DNA from: Trueperaceae bacterium
GTDB lineage: Bacteria; Deinococcota; Deinococci; Deinococcales; Trueperaceae
Assembly: GCA_965213705.1 (NCBI GenBank)
Contig: OZ243913.1
Location: 704,001 to 768,000, forward strand
Direction: 5' to 3'
Length of the DNA stretch: 64,000 bases
The position numbers and the translations under genes are program-made. Positions 40,580-50,174 of this stretch are shown piece after piece; within the stretch, counting starts at the first letter, position 1, and each line of letters opens with the position of its first letter. The notes below the pieces were generated by a model. That model worked only from the letters and a program-made list of their open reading frames with translations, was not told where the DNA came from and did no database searches.

Positions 40580-42067
40580 ATGACCTACTGGCAACGATTT
40601 TTTTTGACCCTGTACGCGCTTTTGTTTGCGCTCAGCGTGGTGCTCATCGACCCCTGGGGCGGCAACCGCGGTGAAATCTGGACCCAACCCAAGGTGACGG
40701 TTCTGTGGTACGTCACCCTGCTTCACCTCGGATTTTTGCTGCTGACGTTCGTGCGGCCGCCCGCCCCGGCGAACCCGCGCGACAGTTTGTCGCCGCAGTG
40801 GCGACGCGCGGCGTGGCTGTGGGGGCTTTTTCTAGCGGCCGGACTCGTCTCGGCGTTGTTCAGCCCGGCCGGGTTCGCCGGCGGTGTCCGGGCGCACTTA
40901 GAGATGGGCGACGGTTGGGCTTACTACGCGCTGCTGGCCGTGTTTTCACTCAGCAACGTGCTGGTGCTGCGCGTCCGGCCGGAGCTGTTCCGCGTCCAAC
41001 TTTACGGCGTGCTCGCGGCGGGTTTCGTGCTGGCGCTGGCGATGGTGCCGCAAGTTTTCGACTGGACGGTGGACTACACGGCCACCTCAGGGCAGGTGAG
41101 CACTCGCTATTCTGAAATGCTCGTCAGCACCATGTGGAAAGGCCAGATGCCCCTGGGCTTTTACACGAGCCGCGGTCACGCGGGCTTCGTCCTCGCCGCG
41201 ACCGCCGCGCTCGCCCTGGTGAGTTTGCTGCGCGGCTGGCTCAAGCCGGCTTATGCCTGGCCGCTTTTGTTCCTCGTTTCGTTCGCGCTGTGGTCGACCG
41301 CGACGCGGGGCGTGTACATCGCTTACGCCGCCGGGCTGCTTTATGTGGGCTGGCGCTTCGCGGGGCGCGGTTTGTCCTGGCGGCGGGCCACCCTGACGCT
41401 CGGCCTCAGTTTGCTCGGTTTTGCCGCCCTGGCGGGCCTGCGCGGCGCGGGCGTGCAACCGCACCGCAGCGTGCCGTCCCTGAGCAGTTTCGAGGTCGCC
41501 GAGTTGTCGCGCGCGGACGCCCAAACGCTCACCTCGGCGCGCTCGGAGCTGTGGCGTTCGGCCCTGGTGGGCATCGCCGAACGCCCGCTGTTCGGGTGGG
41601 GTTTCAACGGCTTCGGCATCGCTTGGCCCTACGTGGGCAACTGGCGAGAGGCGCGCAACCAGATGTACCTCTCACAAGAAGTACCGATTGCCGAAGTCGA
41701 GTCGGTCGGGCACTACTCGTTTAGCTACCTCGGCACCGACGAGCAGCTGCGCCAGGGGCGGGTGCGTACCAACAAGGCGCACAACATGGTTTTAGACATG
41801 GGGATTTCCTTAGGACTCGTGGGGCTGCTGCTCTACGTCGCCCTGTTCGGTTACGTGGCGTTTGTCGGCTTCAAGGGCCGGGGCTGGGGCTTAGAAGCCG
41901 TGGCCGTCGTCTACTTGGCTTACGGCCTCACCTGGTTCGAGTCGGCGCAGTACAGCCACTTGGCCTGGTGGGCGCTCAGCGCGGGTTTCGCGCTGGCGCT
42001 GCGCCCCCTTCGGCCGCCACCGACCGACACGGTCGTCGAGGAGCGGGTTGCAAGTTCGGTTTCGTAA
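40580..42067 (+). CDS. O-antigen ligase / Wzy_C family membrane protein
   Basis: Multi-TM; TATRG, R.ELW.....IAERPLFGWG..F, KAHNMVLD...G.VG. Confidence 0.85.
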   Translation: MTYWQRFFLTLYALLFALSVVLIDPWGGNRGEIWTQPKVTVLWYVTLLHLGFLLLTFVRPPAPANPRDSLSPQWRRAAWLWGLFLAAGLVSALFSPAGFAGGVRAHLEMGDGWAYYALLAVFSLSNVLVLRVRPELFRVQLYGVLAAGFVLALAMVPQVFDWTVDYTATSGQVSTRYSEMLVSTMWKGQMPLGFYTSRGHAGFVLAATAALALVSLLRGWLKPAYAWPLLFLVSFALWSTATRGVYIAYAAGLLYVGWRFAGRGLSWRRATLTLGLSLLGFAALAGLRGAGVQPHRSVPSLSSFEVAELSRADAQTLTSARSELWRSALVGIAERPLFGWGFNGFGIAWPYVGNWREARNQMYLSQEVPIAEVESVGHYSFSYLGTDEQLRQGRVRTNKAHNMVLDMGISLGLVGLLLYVALFGYVAFVGFKGRGWGLEAVAVVYLAYGLTWFESAQYSHLAWWALSAGFALALRPLRPPPTDTVVEERVASSVS

Positions 42068-42229
42068 GGTGGCGGGTTCACCTCGAGCCGCTCGAGTCTC
42101 ACCGTCCTCGTTTTTTGAGATTCTTGTTTTTGAAATTTCTGAGGTTCCCGGAACGGGTTCGCTTTCTTCAAGTGCAAAGCTGCTTTCCCAAACCGGGTAG
42201 CTACGATAAACCGTGACTCTCAGCCACAA

Positions 42230-42257
42230 AAAAGCCGAGGCGCGTGCCTCGGCTTTT
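42230..42257 (-). terminator. Intrinsic (probably bidirectional) terminator
   Basis: AAAAGCCGAGGC-GCGT-GCCTCGGCTTTT between convergent genes. Confidence 0.8.
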
Positions 42258-42279
42258 GTTAAAGAAAAAACCGGGTCGC

Positions 42280-42861
42280 TTAGCCGCCACCCGTTTCGCT
42301 ACCGCCGGTCTCGCCGTCCATGTCAGTGCCCATATCGCTACCGCCGGTCTCGCCCGTACCGCCGGTTTCACCCATGTCGCTACCGCCGGTTTCGCCACCC
42401 ATCATCGCGCCGCCGGTTTCACCCATGCCGCCCGTTTCGCCCATCATGGCGCCGCCGGTCTCGCCGGACATACCCATCATGCCCATCGCGGCGTCGAACT
42501 CCATCTCGTCGATGCTGCCGTCGCCGTCGGTGTCGAAGTCGGCGAAGGTCATGCCCATCATGGCGCCGCCGGTTTCAGCCATGCCACCCGTCTCGCTGCC
42601 CATCATGCCGCCCATCATCGGGGTCATAGCGTCGAACTCCATCTCGTCGATGCTGCCGTCGCCGTCGGTGTCGAAGTCGGCGAAGGTCATGCCCATCATG
42701 CCACCCATCATGTCGCCACCGGTTTCACCCATACCGCCGGTTTCGCCCATCATGGCACCGCCCGTTTCCGCCCCACCCGTTTCCGACCCGCCCGTGTCCT
42801 GAGCAAAGGCCAGACCCAGCGTGAGAACCAGGCTGAAGACTAACGCAAACATTTTTTTCAC
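42280..42861 (-). CDS. Secreted acidic Met/Gly-rich low-complexity protein with two EF-hand loops
   Basis: Signal peptide ending AFA-Q; about 14 ETGG units; two identical DFDTDGDGSIDEMEF loops encoded by identical 72-bp segments (42491-42562, 42629-42700). Confidence 0.8.
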   Translation of the reverse strand: MKKMFALVFSLVLTLGLAFAQDTGGSETGGAETGGAMMGETGGMGETGGDMMGGMMGMTFADFDTDGDGSIDEMEFDAMTPMMGGMMGSETGGMAETGGAMMGMTFADFDTDGDGSIDEMEFDAAMGMMGMSGETGGAMMGETGGMGETGGAMMGGETGGSDMGETGGTGETGGSDMGTDMDGETGGSETGGG

Positions 42862-43189
42862 GGTTTTCCCCCTTCATGAAATGTTCGGCTCCAGCGAGCC
42901 TTAGCGCCCACTGGAGAACGTCTTTAACCGAACTAACCGAAGTATAAAACTTCACTATGAAAAGAAAATGTAACTAAGGGTAGCTAAAGTCGGCCGCGAG
43001 GACGCGTCGTGGCTTCAGAACCGGCTCGAGCCCGCTTGAAACGCGCTTTAGGACATCTTTCTCTCACAAATTCCTCTTACAGACCGGGGCAACCTTCGGA
43101 ACCAAGCGCGGCGCGTAGTGACAAGCGCCTGTAAACTCTTTCGAGTAGCGACCATGCGGCAATACACAGCCCGCATCACGCTTTTGGGC

Positions 43190-43504
43190 TCAACCCGTCG
43201 CGGGTAGGGCGTCCAGGCGCTCGAGCAGCGCTTCCAAGTCGTCCGGGTTGTCTAAAAAGCGCGGGTCCAACGTGTCGCCCGCGTCCAGCCCTTCGACCGG
43301 GTGCTCGGTCGACAGCACGCGGTAGTCCGACACGCCCTCGCCTTGAAAATGCACCGGCGTGACCGCCATGCGGCCCGCGTTTTCCATGCCGGGCGGCTCC
43401 TCGCCGACGAGCGCGCCGTAGCCGTTGTCGCAGCGGTAAATCCGCTCGATTTCGCCGACCATACCCGTACCGACCATGCGTTCTTCTACCAGGGTGTAAG
43501 CCAT
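43190..43504 (-). CDS. Hypothetical protein
   Basis: MAYTLVEERMVG...; host-like codon usage, no recognised domain. Confidence 0.55.
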   Translation of the reverse strand: MAYTLVEERMVGTGMVGEIERIYRCDNGYGALVGEEPPGMENAGRMAVTPVHFQGEGVSDYRVLSTEHPVEGLDAGDTLDPRFLDNPDDLEALLERLDALPATG

Positions 43505-43720
43505 GTTCGGAAGTATACCGGATTTGCGCCGTGCGGGCCGCTTTGGTTTCAGCTTCCAATCCACCGACCTACCGCAAACTTATCGTAAGGTAACTCATTT
43601 GTAGAGCGCTTCCGCCGTGTGATACTGCGGAGAGACAACATTATTATCAGAGCTACGCTTTGTTACGGCGACACGTTACGGCGATACCCGGCGGCACGGG
43701 TTAGCGAACCTCGGAGGTAG

Positions 43721-46615
43721 TTGATGTGTAAACCCTTACGGACAGTGCTCTTTACGTTTTTGGCGGCGCTGCTGGCGTTGAGTGCGGCGCAGACCGATAC
43801 GGCTCGAGACGCGGCCCTGCTCGAGCTGAGCCCCGTCACCTTGGACGGTCGGGCGCTCACCCCGAGCGACCCGCTGCCGGTAGACCCGGCGCTGCGGGTC
43901 GGCCAACTCGACAACGGCCTGACCTACTACATCCGCCAGAACACCGAGCCGCGCAACCGCGCCGAACTCGCGCTCGTCGTCAACGCGGGCTCGGTGTTGG
44001 AGGACGAGAACCAGCGCGGACTGGCGCACTTGCTCGAGCACATGCTCTTTAACGGCACCGAGAACTTCGCAGGGCCGGAGATTGTGAACTATCTCGAGAG
44101 CATCGGCATGACCTTCGGGGCCGACGTGAACGCCTACACCAGTTTCGACGAAACGGTCTACACCCTCACCGTGCCGCTCGATGATGAGGACACGGTGCGG
44201 ACCGCCTTTGCAATTTTAAGCGACTGGGCCGCGCGCGCTACCCTCGACCCGGCGGAAATCGACGCCGAGCGCCCGGTCATCATCGAAGAGGAGCGCTTGC
44301 GCGACCAGAACGTGAACGGGCGGCTGCTCGAGCAAATCCTGCCCGTCCAGTTCGGCGACTCGCGCTACGCCGAACGGCTGCCCATCGGCAGCATGGACGT
44401 GATTCGCAACGCGCCGCCGGAAACTATAAAGCGCTTTTACGAAACCTGGTACCGACCCGACCTGATGGCGCTCATAGCGGTCGGCGACTTCGACCCGGCA
44501 ACCTTCGAGGGCTATATTAAAGACGCCTTTGCGGGGCTTGAGAACCCCGCCGACCCCGCGCCGCGCGTTACCTACGACGTGCCGCCGCACGAGGACACCC
44601 GCTACCTCATCACGAGCGACCCCGAATTTCCCTACACTTTCGTCGAACTCGACCTGGCGCGGGCGAGCGAGAGCACGCAGACTGTTCAAGACTACGGCCA
44701 AGACCTCGCCTCGAGCCTGTTCACCACCCTCCTCAACCAGCGCTTGGACGAGCGCAGCCGCGCCGCGGACGCGCCCTTCTTGGGCGCGAGCGTGGGCACC
44801 AGCGGCCTGACCCGCGACACCGAAAACGTTACTTTAGGCGTCCAGACCGACGACGGCGCGGCTTTGACCGGCTTGGCGGCGCTGGTCGAAGAGGTTGAGC
44901 GCGCGCGGCGCTTCGGCTTTACCGAGACCGAACTGGCACGCGCCAAGGACGACCTGCTGAGCTTTTTGGAGCAACGTTTCCAGCAGCAAGACGACATCGA
45001 CAGCTCGGCCCTCGTCAGCTTTTTGACCTCGACGTTTTTGGAGAACAGCGTCTACACGACGAACGAAACCGACTACAAACTCGCCGAAGAACTGCTGCCG
45101 CAAATCACCCTGGACGACGTCAACGCGCTCGCGGAAACGCTGCTGCGCGAGGACAACCGGGTGGTCCTCGTCATCGCACCCGAAAAAGCGGGGCTCGAGC
45201 TGCCCACCCAGGCCGAGGTTGCGGGCGTCATCGCCGAGGCGCAGGCCAGGGAGTTGAGCGCCTACGAAGACACCGTCACCGACGCCGACCTTGTCGAAAC
45301 GCCGCCCGCGCCCGCCGCGGTGACGGACGAGACGTACTTGGACAACGTGGACGCGACGGTTCTCACGCTCGAGAACGGCGTGCGCGTCGTCGTCAAGACC
45401 ACCGACTTTACCCGCGGCGAAGTCTTGATGTCCGGCGTGAGCTACGGTGGTTCCTCGCTCGTGGGCGACGCGGACGTGCCCGAAGCCTCCATTATCACGA
45501 GCGTCGTGGGCGACAGCGGCGTGGGGAGTTTCAGCAAAAACGAACTCAACCGCTTGTTGACCGGCAAAAACGTGAGCTTGAGCGTGTCTATCGGCGAACT
45601 GACCGAAGGCTTCAGCGGCAGCGCCGAAAAGAGTGACTTGACAACGCTGTTCGAACTCGTCTACCTCTACGCTACCCAACCTCGAGAAGACACGGTCGCC
45701 TTCGCGCGCACCCAGGACCAGCTCCGCGCCGCGCTCCGCAACCGCGACACCCAGCCGCAAGCGGTGTTCCGTGACGCTATCACCGAAGCGCTCTACGGCG
45801 ACGCCCCGCGCCGCCAACCGCTGACCCTGGACGAGGTCGATACTCTGGACTACCAGAGAGCCTTTGATATTTACCAGGAGCGCTTCGCCGACATGGGCGA
45901 CTTCGTATTCACCTTCGTCGGCGACGTGACGGTGGACGAGGTGCGCGACCTCGCGCAGCGCTACCTGGGTAACTTGCCCTCCGCGCAGGGTGAGGAAACT
46001 TACGCGGACGTCGCGCCCGACTTACCGGACGGTGTCGTGGCGAAGGCCGTCTACAAAGGCAAAGAACAACAAAGCATCGTCCACGTGCGCTTTTTCGGCC
46101 CGATGAACCCGTCGCGGCAGGAGCGGCTTAAGCTGCTCTTGCTCGAGAACGCCCTCTCCATCGTGGTGCGCGAAGAGTTGCGCGAAACGCTGGGCGGCAC
46201 CTATTCGCCGAACGTATTTTCAAGCATCAGCAAGCGCCCCAAAGCGACCTACGCCGTCGGCGTCGAGTTTAGCGCCGACCCGGCGCGCGTGGACGAACTC
46301 GTCCAGGCCACCTTCAAAACCCTCACCGCGTTCCGCGTCGACGGCCCCGACGCTGACACGTTCGCCAAGGCGCAAGAACAGGCCAAACGCAACTACGAAA
46401 CCAACTTCGAACAGAACGGCTTTTGGCGCTACGTGCTCGAGTACTACGTGGCCCTCAACCCGGACGAGGACGTGTCGAGTTTGCTCGACTACGAACGTGA
46501 AATCGACGCGCTGACGCCCCAAGACCTGCGCGACGCGGCGCAGACCTACCTCCACACCGACCGCTACGCGGGCGTGGTGCTGTACCCGGAGAGTTACGCG
46601 TTGGTGCAGCCGTAA
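43721..46615 (+). CDS. M16 family zinc protease (PqqL-like), exported
   Basis: LDNGLTYYI, GLAHLLEHMLFNGT (HxxEH), NAYTSFDET, WYRPD, LENGVRV. Confidence 0.93.
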   Translation: MMCKPLRTVLFTFLAALLALSAAQTDTARDAALLELSPVTLDGRALTPSDPLPVDPALRVGQLDNGLTYYIRQNTEPRNRAELALVVNAGSVLEDENQRGLAHLLEHMLFNGTENFAGPEIVNYLESIGMTFGADVNAYTSFDETVYTLTVPLDDEDTVRTAFAILSDWAARATLDPAEIDAERPVIIEEERLRDQNVNGRLLEQILPVQFGDSRYAERLPIGSMDVIRNAPPETIKRFYETWYRPDLMALIAVGDFDPATFEGYIKDAFAGLENPADPAPRVTYDVPPHEDTRYLITSDPEFPYTFVELDLARASESTQTVQDYGQDLASSLFTTLLNQRLDERSRAADAPFLGASVGTSGLTRDTENVTLGVQTDDGAALTGLAALVEEVERARRFGFTETELARAKDDLLSFLEQRFQQQDDIDSSALVSFLTSTFLENSVYTTNETDYKLAEELLPQITLDDVNALAETLLREDNRVVLVIAPEKAGLELPTQAEVAGVIAEAQARELSAYEDTVTDADLVETPPAPAAVTDETYLDNVDATVLTLENGVRVVVKTTDFTRGEVLMSGVSYGGSSLVGDADVPEASIITSVVGDSGVGSFSKNELNRLLTGKNVSLSVSIGELTEGFSGSAEKSDLTTLFELVYLYATQPREDTVAFARTQDQLRAALRNRDTQPQAVFRDAITEALYGDAPRRQPLTLDEVDTLDYQRAFDIYQERFADMGDFVFTFVGDVTVDEVRDLAQRYLGNLPSAQGEETYADVAPDLPDGVVAKAVYKGKEQQSIVHVRFFGPMNPSRQERLKLLLLENALSIVVREELRETLGGTYSPNVFSSISKRPKATYAVGVEFSADPARVDELVQATFKTLTAFRVDGPDADTFAKAQEQAKRNYETNFEQNGFWRYVLEYYVALNPDEDVSSLLDYEREIDALTPQDLRDAAQTYLHTDRYAGVVLYPESYALVQP

Positions 46616-46712
46616 CTTAAACGTTACAGAAGTTCGACGAGGGAGGGCCAAAAGGTTTTCCCTCGTTAAAAATCTCGAGCAAAGCCAACCTCAGTTCGAA
46701 ACTTTGCCCTGC

Positions 46713-47164
46713 TTACCTCAAAAGCCGCTCGTCCACCCCATAAGAGTTTGTCGAGGCTTTTATCCGCCCGAAAGACGGGTGGAGCGGGTTGAGCAAGTAG
46801 TTCCATTCCTGCGGGATGACCCGGCTCGGCACCCGGAGCACACAACTTCGTGCCTCGGTTAACCATGCGTCACCGTAACTGCGACTGTCGAGCGCGTCGG
46901 GCGCTGCTAAACGTTCAGCACAGGTTCCTCTAAAATCTCAATCAAAACTTCGGAAATGTCTATGCGGCTTTTGACGTAGTGGGCGAGTTGCTGCTTGAGG
47001 GTCAAGTTGACGAACAACTCCAGGGTGGCGAGCGCTAAGCTGCCTGAGCTGTAAACGATGCGCTTGCCTTGGCTGTGCCAGCGTCCGGGCGCGAACAACC
47101 CGCCGGTGCCACTCATCGCTTGGTCCTGGTAACGCTCGTGGGTAAGCCGCCAGGCGGTTATCAA
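46713..47164 (-). pseudogene. RES-domain toxin, frameshifted
   Basis: TTG start overlaps the antitoxin stop; N-half AWRL...GRWHS.G..VYSS.SLALA.LE ends at TAG 46907-46909; C-half GDAWL...SCVLRVPSRVIPQEWNYLLNPLHP continues in the -1 frame to TAA at 46713. Confidence 0.8.
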
Positions 47165-47553
47165 GAATAAATGCCCCAGGCGAGTTGTTTGAGAAGCGTG
47201 CTCACCGCGTCCGCGCCGGGGTCGGTGTCGAGCAGACTCAAAGGCGTACCGGCAAGGGCCGGGAGCGGCGTTTTCAGCCATTGCAGGGTGTCCGGATAGT
47301 CGCCGAAGAAGCTAAGTGCTTCTTTGTACACGCGGGCGACGCGGCTGATGGCGTTACTTTCACTCACCTTGAAGACGCCCTCGCTCTGCCGCTTGGTCAG
47401 CGTGCGCCGCGGAATGCCTAAGAGCTGTGCAAGTTCGTCCGTGCTCAGCTCCAGCGCGCCGCGCAAGGCGACAAAACTCTCAAAAGCCAGTCCTTCACGA
47501 ACGGCTGCGATAAGTTCTACGCTGTCATCCTGGACGAGCTGTTGCAGGGTCAC
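47161..47553 (-). CDS. Xre/MbcA/ParS-type antitoxin
   Basis: VREGL, LGIPRRTL.KR, ES..ISRVARV, WLKTPLPALAG.PL.LLDT..G...V. Confidence 0.88.
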   Translation of the reverse strand: MTLQQLVQDDSVELIAAVREGLAFESFVALRGALELSTDELAQLLGIPRRTLTKRQSEGVFKVSESNAISRVARVYKEALSFFGDYPDTLQWLKTPLPALAGTPLSLLDTDPGADAVSTLLKQLAWGIYS

Positions 47554-47684
47554 CTGGCACCTCTTGGCAATTGTACTACAGCCCGTGGCAAAAGTGCTTC
47601 GCAGCTACTCTTTTGCGCTACAACCCAGCCTGTCCCACTGTGCTCTTACCTTCGCCCAGACATGATGGGGGTTCAGGAGGACGT

Positions 47685-48011
47685 GTGCCAAACACCCCAG
47701 TCACCCCCGACACCTCAGGCGCTTCAGGGACCTCGGTTGCCCCGGAGACCTCAGCCACCCCGAATACTTCCGGTACAGCCGCGAACTGTGACTACGAATT
47801 TACCGACGACAACCTGCTGGCGCTGTGGCTCGAGTTTCAAAAAGAACAAGCCGCTACCTGCCCGGTCACCGACGCCAAGATTGACCTGAGTTTGGAGAAC
47901 GACCCCGCAGAGGGCGGCGGCGAGCCGGTCGTTCAGGTCAAATGCACCCAGTGCGGCCGCGAGGCCCAGTTCAAGCCGGGACCGCACGAGGGTTTCGGTT
48001 GGGCGGAGTAA
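47685..48011 (+). CDS. Hypothetical protein with a T/S/P-rich N-terminus and possible Zn site
   Basis: AGGAGG RBS; CPVTD...CTQCG. Confidence 0.6.
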   Translation: MPNTPVTPDTSGASGTSVAPETSATPNTSGTAANCDYEFTDDNLLALWLEFQKEQAATCPVTDAKIDLSLENDPAEGGGEPVVQVKCTQCGREAQFKPGPHEGFGWAE

Positions 48012-48045
48012 AAGTTCTAAGCCGACGACCTGCTAAACTTCTCCT

Positions 48046-48420
48046 ATGAAACGCCAGACGAGCCAGCGGCGCGCGATTTTAAATACCTTGGAAAGCGCGC
48101 CGGGGCCGCTCACGCCGCAGGAAGTATTGGAACTCGCCTCGCAAGAAGCGAGTTTGGGGCTGGCGACGGTGTACCGAAATCTCAATACTTTGGAACAAAC
48201 GGGGGAGGTTGTCGCGGTTCACTTGCCCGGCGACACCACACGCTTCGAGCCTGCGGGCCGCGGCCATCACCACCACTTCCGCTGCGAAACGTGCGAACAA
48301 GTGTTCGAACTCAGCGCCAAGTGCCCGGTGGCGGTTTTAGAAGGCGCGACGCTGCCCGGCGGTTTCCGGGTCGAGCACCACGAGTTGACGCTGTACGGGG
48401 TGTGTCCGGGGTGTCAGTGA
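48046..48420 (+). CDS. Fur-family transcriptional regulator
   Basis: TSQRRAIL, LGLATVYRNL, HHHHFRCETC, GVCPGC. Confidence 0.93.
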   Translation: MKRQTSQRRAILNTLESAPGPLTPQEVLELASQEASLGLATVYRNLNTLEQTGEVVAVHLPGDTTRFEPAGRGHHHHFRCETCEQVFELSAKCPVAVLEGATLPGGFRVEHHELTLYGVCPGCQ

Positions 48421-48423
48421 AAA

Positions 48424-48519
48424 AGTACCGAGGACCGAGTGAAAAGTAAAAAGAGCTGTTTGTCACTCTTTGCTGGTTGTTCGTAAAGACGAAAAACGGA
48501 AAGCGGACGACCAAAAACG
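48424..48519. repeat. AGTACCG heptamer array plus ACGA-period-7 array
   Basis: AGTACCG AGGACCG AGTGAAA AGTAAAA (48424-48451); GTTGTTCGTAAAGACGAAAAACGG...GACGACCAAAAAC (48476-48519), similar to 50209-50251. Confidence 0.75.
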
Positions 48520-48582
48520 TTTAGCTCCTCCGCCCCCCGACCGAAAAGTTACACCCGCCTCGCTGACACTGCGTGCTACCGT

Positions 48583-49212
48583 TTGGCTGTGTCGAGCGTC
48601 GAGCTTATTTACCAAGTTCTCATCCTGAGCCGCGTGCCTTACCGCTTCGTCCAGTCGAGCGAGGAGGGTTTGCGCTTGGCTTTGATTGTGGTGTTCGTGG
48701 CGGGGTTGTCGCAGGCGCTGTCGCAGAGTGTGGCGCTGTTCGCCTACCGGGTGAGGCCGCGGCGGTTTGTGCTGAGTTTGCTGGTGGGCGCGGGCGTGTA
48801 CCTGTTCGGGTTTTTGTTTCTGGTCTCGAGCGTCTGGTTCGTCGCCCGCTACTTTTTTGGGGAAACGGTGCCGCTCCTTGTGGTGGTACGCACCGTCGGG
48901 CTCGCCTACGCGCCCTACTTGTTCAGCTTCGTCATCCTGACGCCTTACTTCGGGTCTTTTCTGTCGGTGACGTTGGCCTTGTGGAGTTTGAGCGCGACGC
49001 TGCTGGCGCTGTCGGTCATCTTCGGCCTGACGCTGTTCCAGGCGCTGCTCTGCAGCGCCCTAGGCTGGCTGTTGCTGCAGGTCGCGCAGCGCACCGTCGG
49101 GCGGCCGGTGCAGGCGCTGGCGCGGGCGGCGCGGCGCTTGGCGGCGGGGCGAAAGCTCGAGTTCACCCCTGAAAGCCTGCGCGACCTCATCCGCAGGGGT
49201 CGCGACCCGTGA
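48583..49212 (+). CDS. Yip1-like multi-pass membrane protein
   Basis: AGLSQALSQSVALF..RVRPRRF, VGLAYAPYLF, PYFG; start uncertain. Confidence 0.7.
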   Translation: MAVSSVELIYQVLILSRVPYRFVQSSEEGLRLALIVVFVAGLSQALSQSVALFAYRVRPRRFVLSLLVGAGVYLFGFLFLVSSVWFVARYFFGETVPLLVVVRTVGLAYAPYLFSFVILTPYFGSFLSVTLALWSLSATLLALSVIFGLTLFQALLCSALGWLLLQVAQRTVGRPVQALARAARRLAAGRKLEFTPESLRDLIRRGRDP

Positions 49213-50174
49213 GAGACGCCCTGGTGTTCGTCCTCGTCGCGCTGGCCGGGTTTTTGTTCGCGGGGGCGCTGTCGCCGTTCGAGGCGCTGGGCTGGTGGGC
49301 GGGCTGGTTCGGCCGCAATCCTGAGGACGTTGAACAAACCGCCGCGCCCAACCCGGTGGTGTCGCGCGCTAAGCACTTCGTCGTCTTTCTCACCGGCATC
49401 CACAGCGTCTCGGAGGAAACGTTCGCGCGGCGCGAAATCGCGCTGTTGGAAGCGCTACGCGAGCGCCTGCCGGAGGCTGAGGTGCTCGAGGTCTTCCCCT
49501 ACTCGGTGCAAAACCGCGCGCTCACCGGGCAGCGCTTTTTCGCCTGGTTCTGGCGTTTCGCCCTGAAACTCAAGTTGAGCCGGGTCGCTTTTGCCGGCTT
49601 CATCATCAACCTGCGCAACGCTTTTCAGGTCGCGGTGTCGGCTGACCGGCGCTACGGCCCCATCTACAACCAGGGCATGGCCGAAACGCTCCACAGCGCC
49701 CTGCGGCAGCACGGCTACCAACCTGACAGCGGGGTACGGGTGACGATTATCGGCTACAGCGGCGGCGGTCAGGTCGCGGTCGGCGCGGCGGCGTACCTCA
49801 AAGAAATCATTCACGCGCCGGTCACCGTCGTCAGCCTAGGCGGGATTATGGCCTCCGACGAAGGCTTGCTGGCGTTAGAAAACCTCTACCACTTGGCCGG
49901 TCGCCGCGACCGGGTGCAGCGTTTGGGGCCGGTGTTTTTCCCGGGCCGCTGGCCGATTCTGCCTTACTCCGCCTGGAACCAGGCGAAGGCCAAGGGAACT
50001 ATCCAAATTGTCGACATGGGGCCGGTCGACCACACCGGCAAGGGCGGTTACTTGGACGCCGAGGCGACGCTGCCGGACGGGCGCAGTCACCTGGCGGCGA
50101 CGGTTGAGACGATTGGGGAGATTGTCGAGTCAGGCAAAAAAAGTACCGAGTACCGAGTACCGAGTACCGAGTAA
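49209..50174 (+). CDS. Membrane-anchored alpha/beta-fold hydrolase-like protein
   Basis: LSPFEALGWWAGW, VFLTGI, VSADRRYGPIYN, IGYSGGGQ (GxSxG), H...GY.D. Confidence 0.75.
   Translation: MRDALVFVLVALAGFLFAGALSPFEALGWWAGWFGRNPEDVEQTAAPNPVVSRAKHFVVFLTGIHSVSEETFARREIALLEALRERLPEAEVLEVFPYSVQNRALTGQRFFAWFWRFALKLKLSRVAFAGFIINLRNAFQVAVSADRRYGPIYNQGMAETLHSALRQHGYQPDSGVRVTIIGYSGGGQVAVGAAAYLKEIIHAPVTVVSLGGIMASDEGLLALENLYHLAGRRDRVQRLGPVFFPGRWPILPYSAWNQAKAKGTIQIVDMGPVDHTGKGGYLDAEATLPDGRSHLAATVETIGEIVESGKKSTEYRVPSTE

Noticed and set aside
42280..42800. Regularly repeated CCGCCGGT(T/C)TC units resembling a CRISPR array
   Set aside because: Units are in frame, vary at synonymous positions and encode ETGG repeats; no unique spacers or cas genes
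42280..42861. ETGG repeats as sortase (LPxTG) signals or graspetide precursor cores for the ATP-grasp enzyme
   Set aside because: No LP prefix, TM anchor or sortase; the ATP-grasp gene is 17 kb away, is not of the graspetide-ligase type, and the protein has a Sec signal
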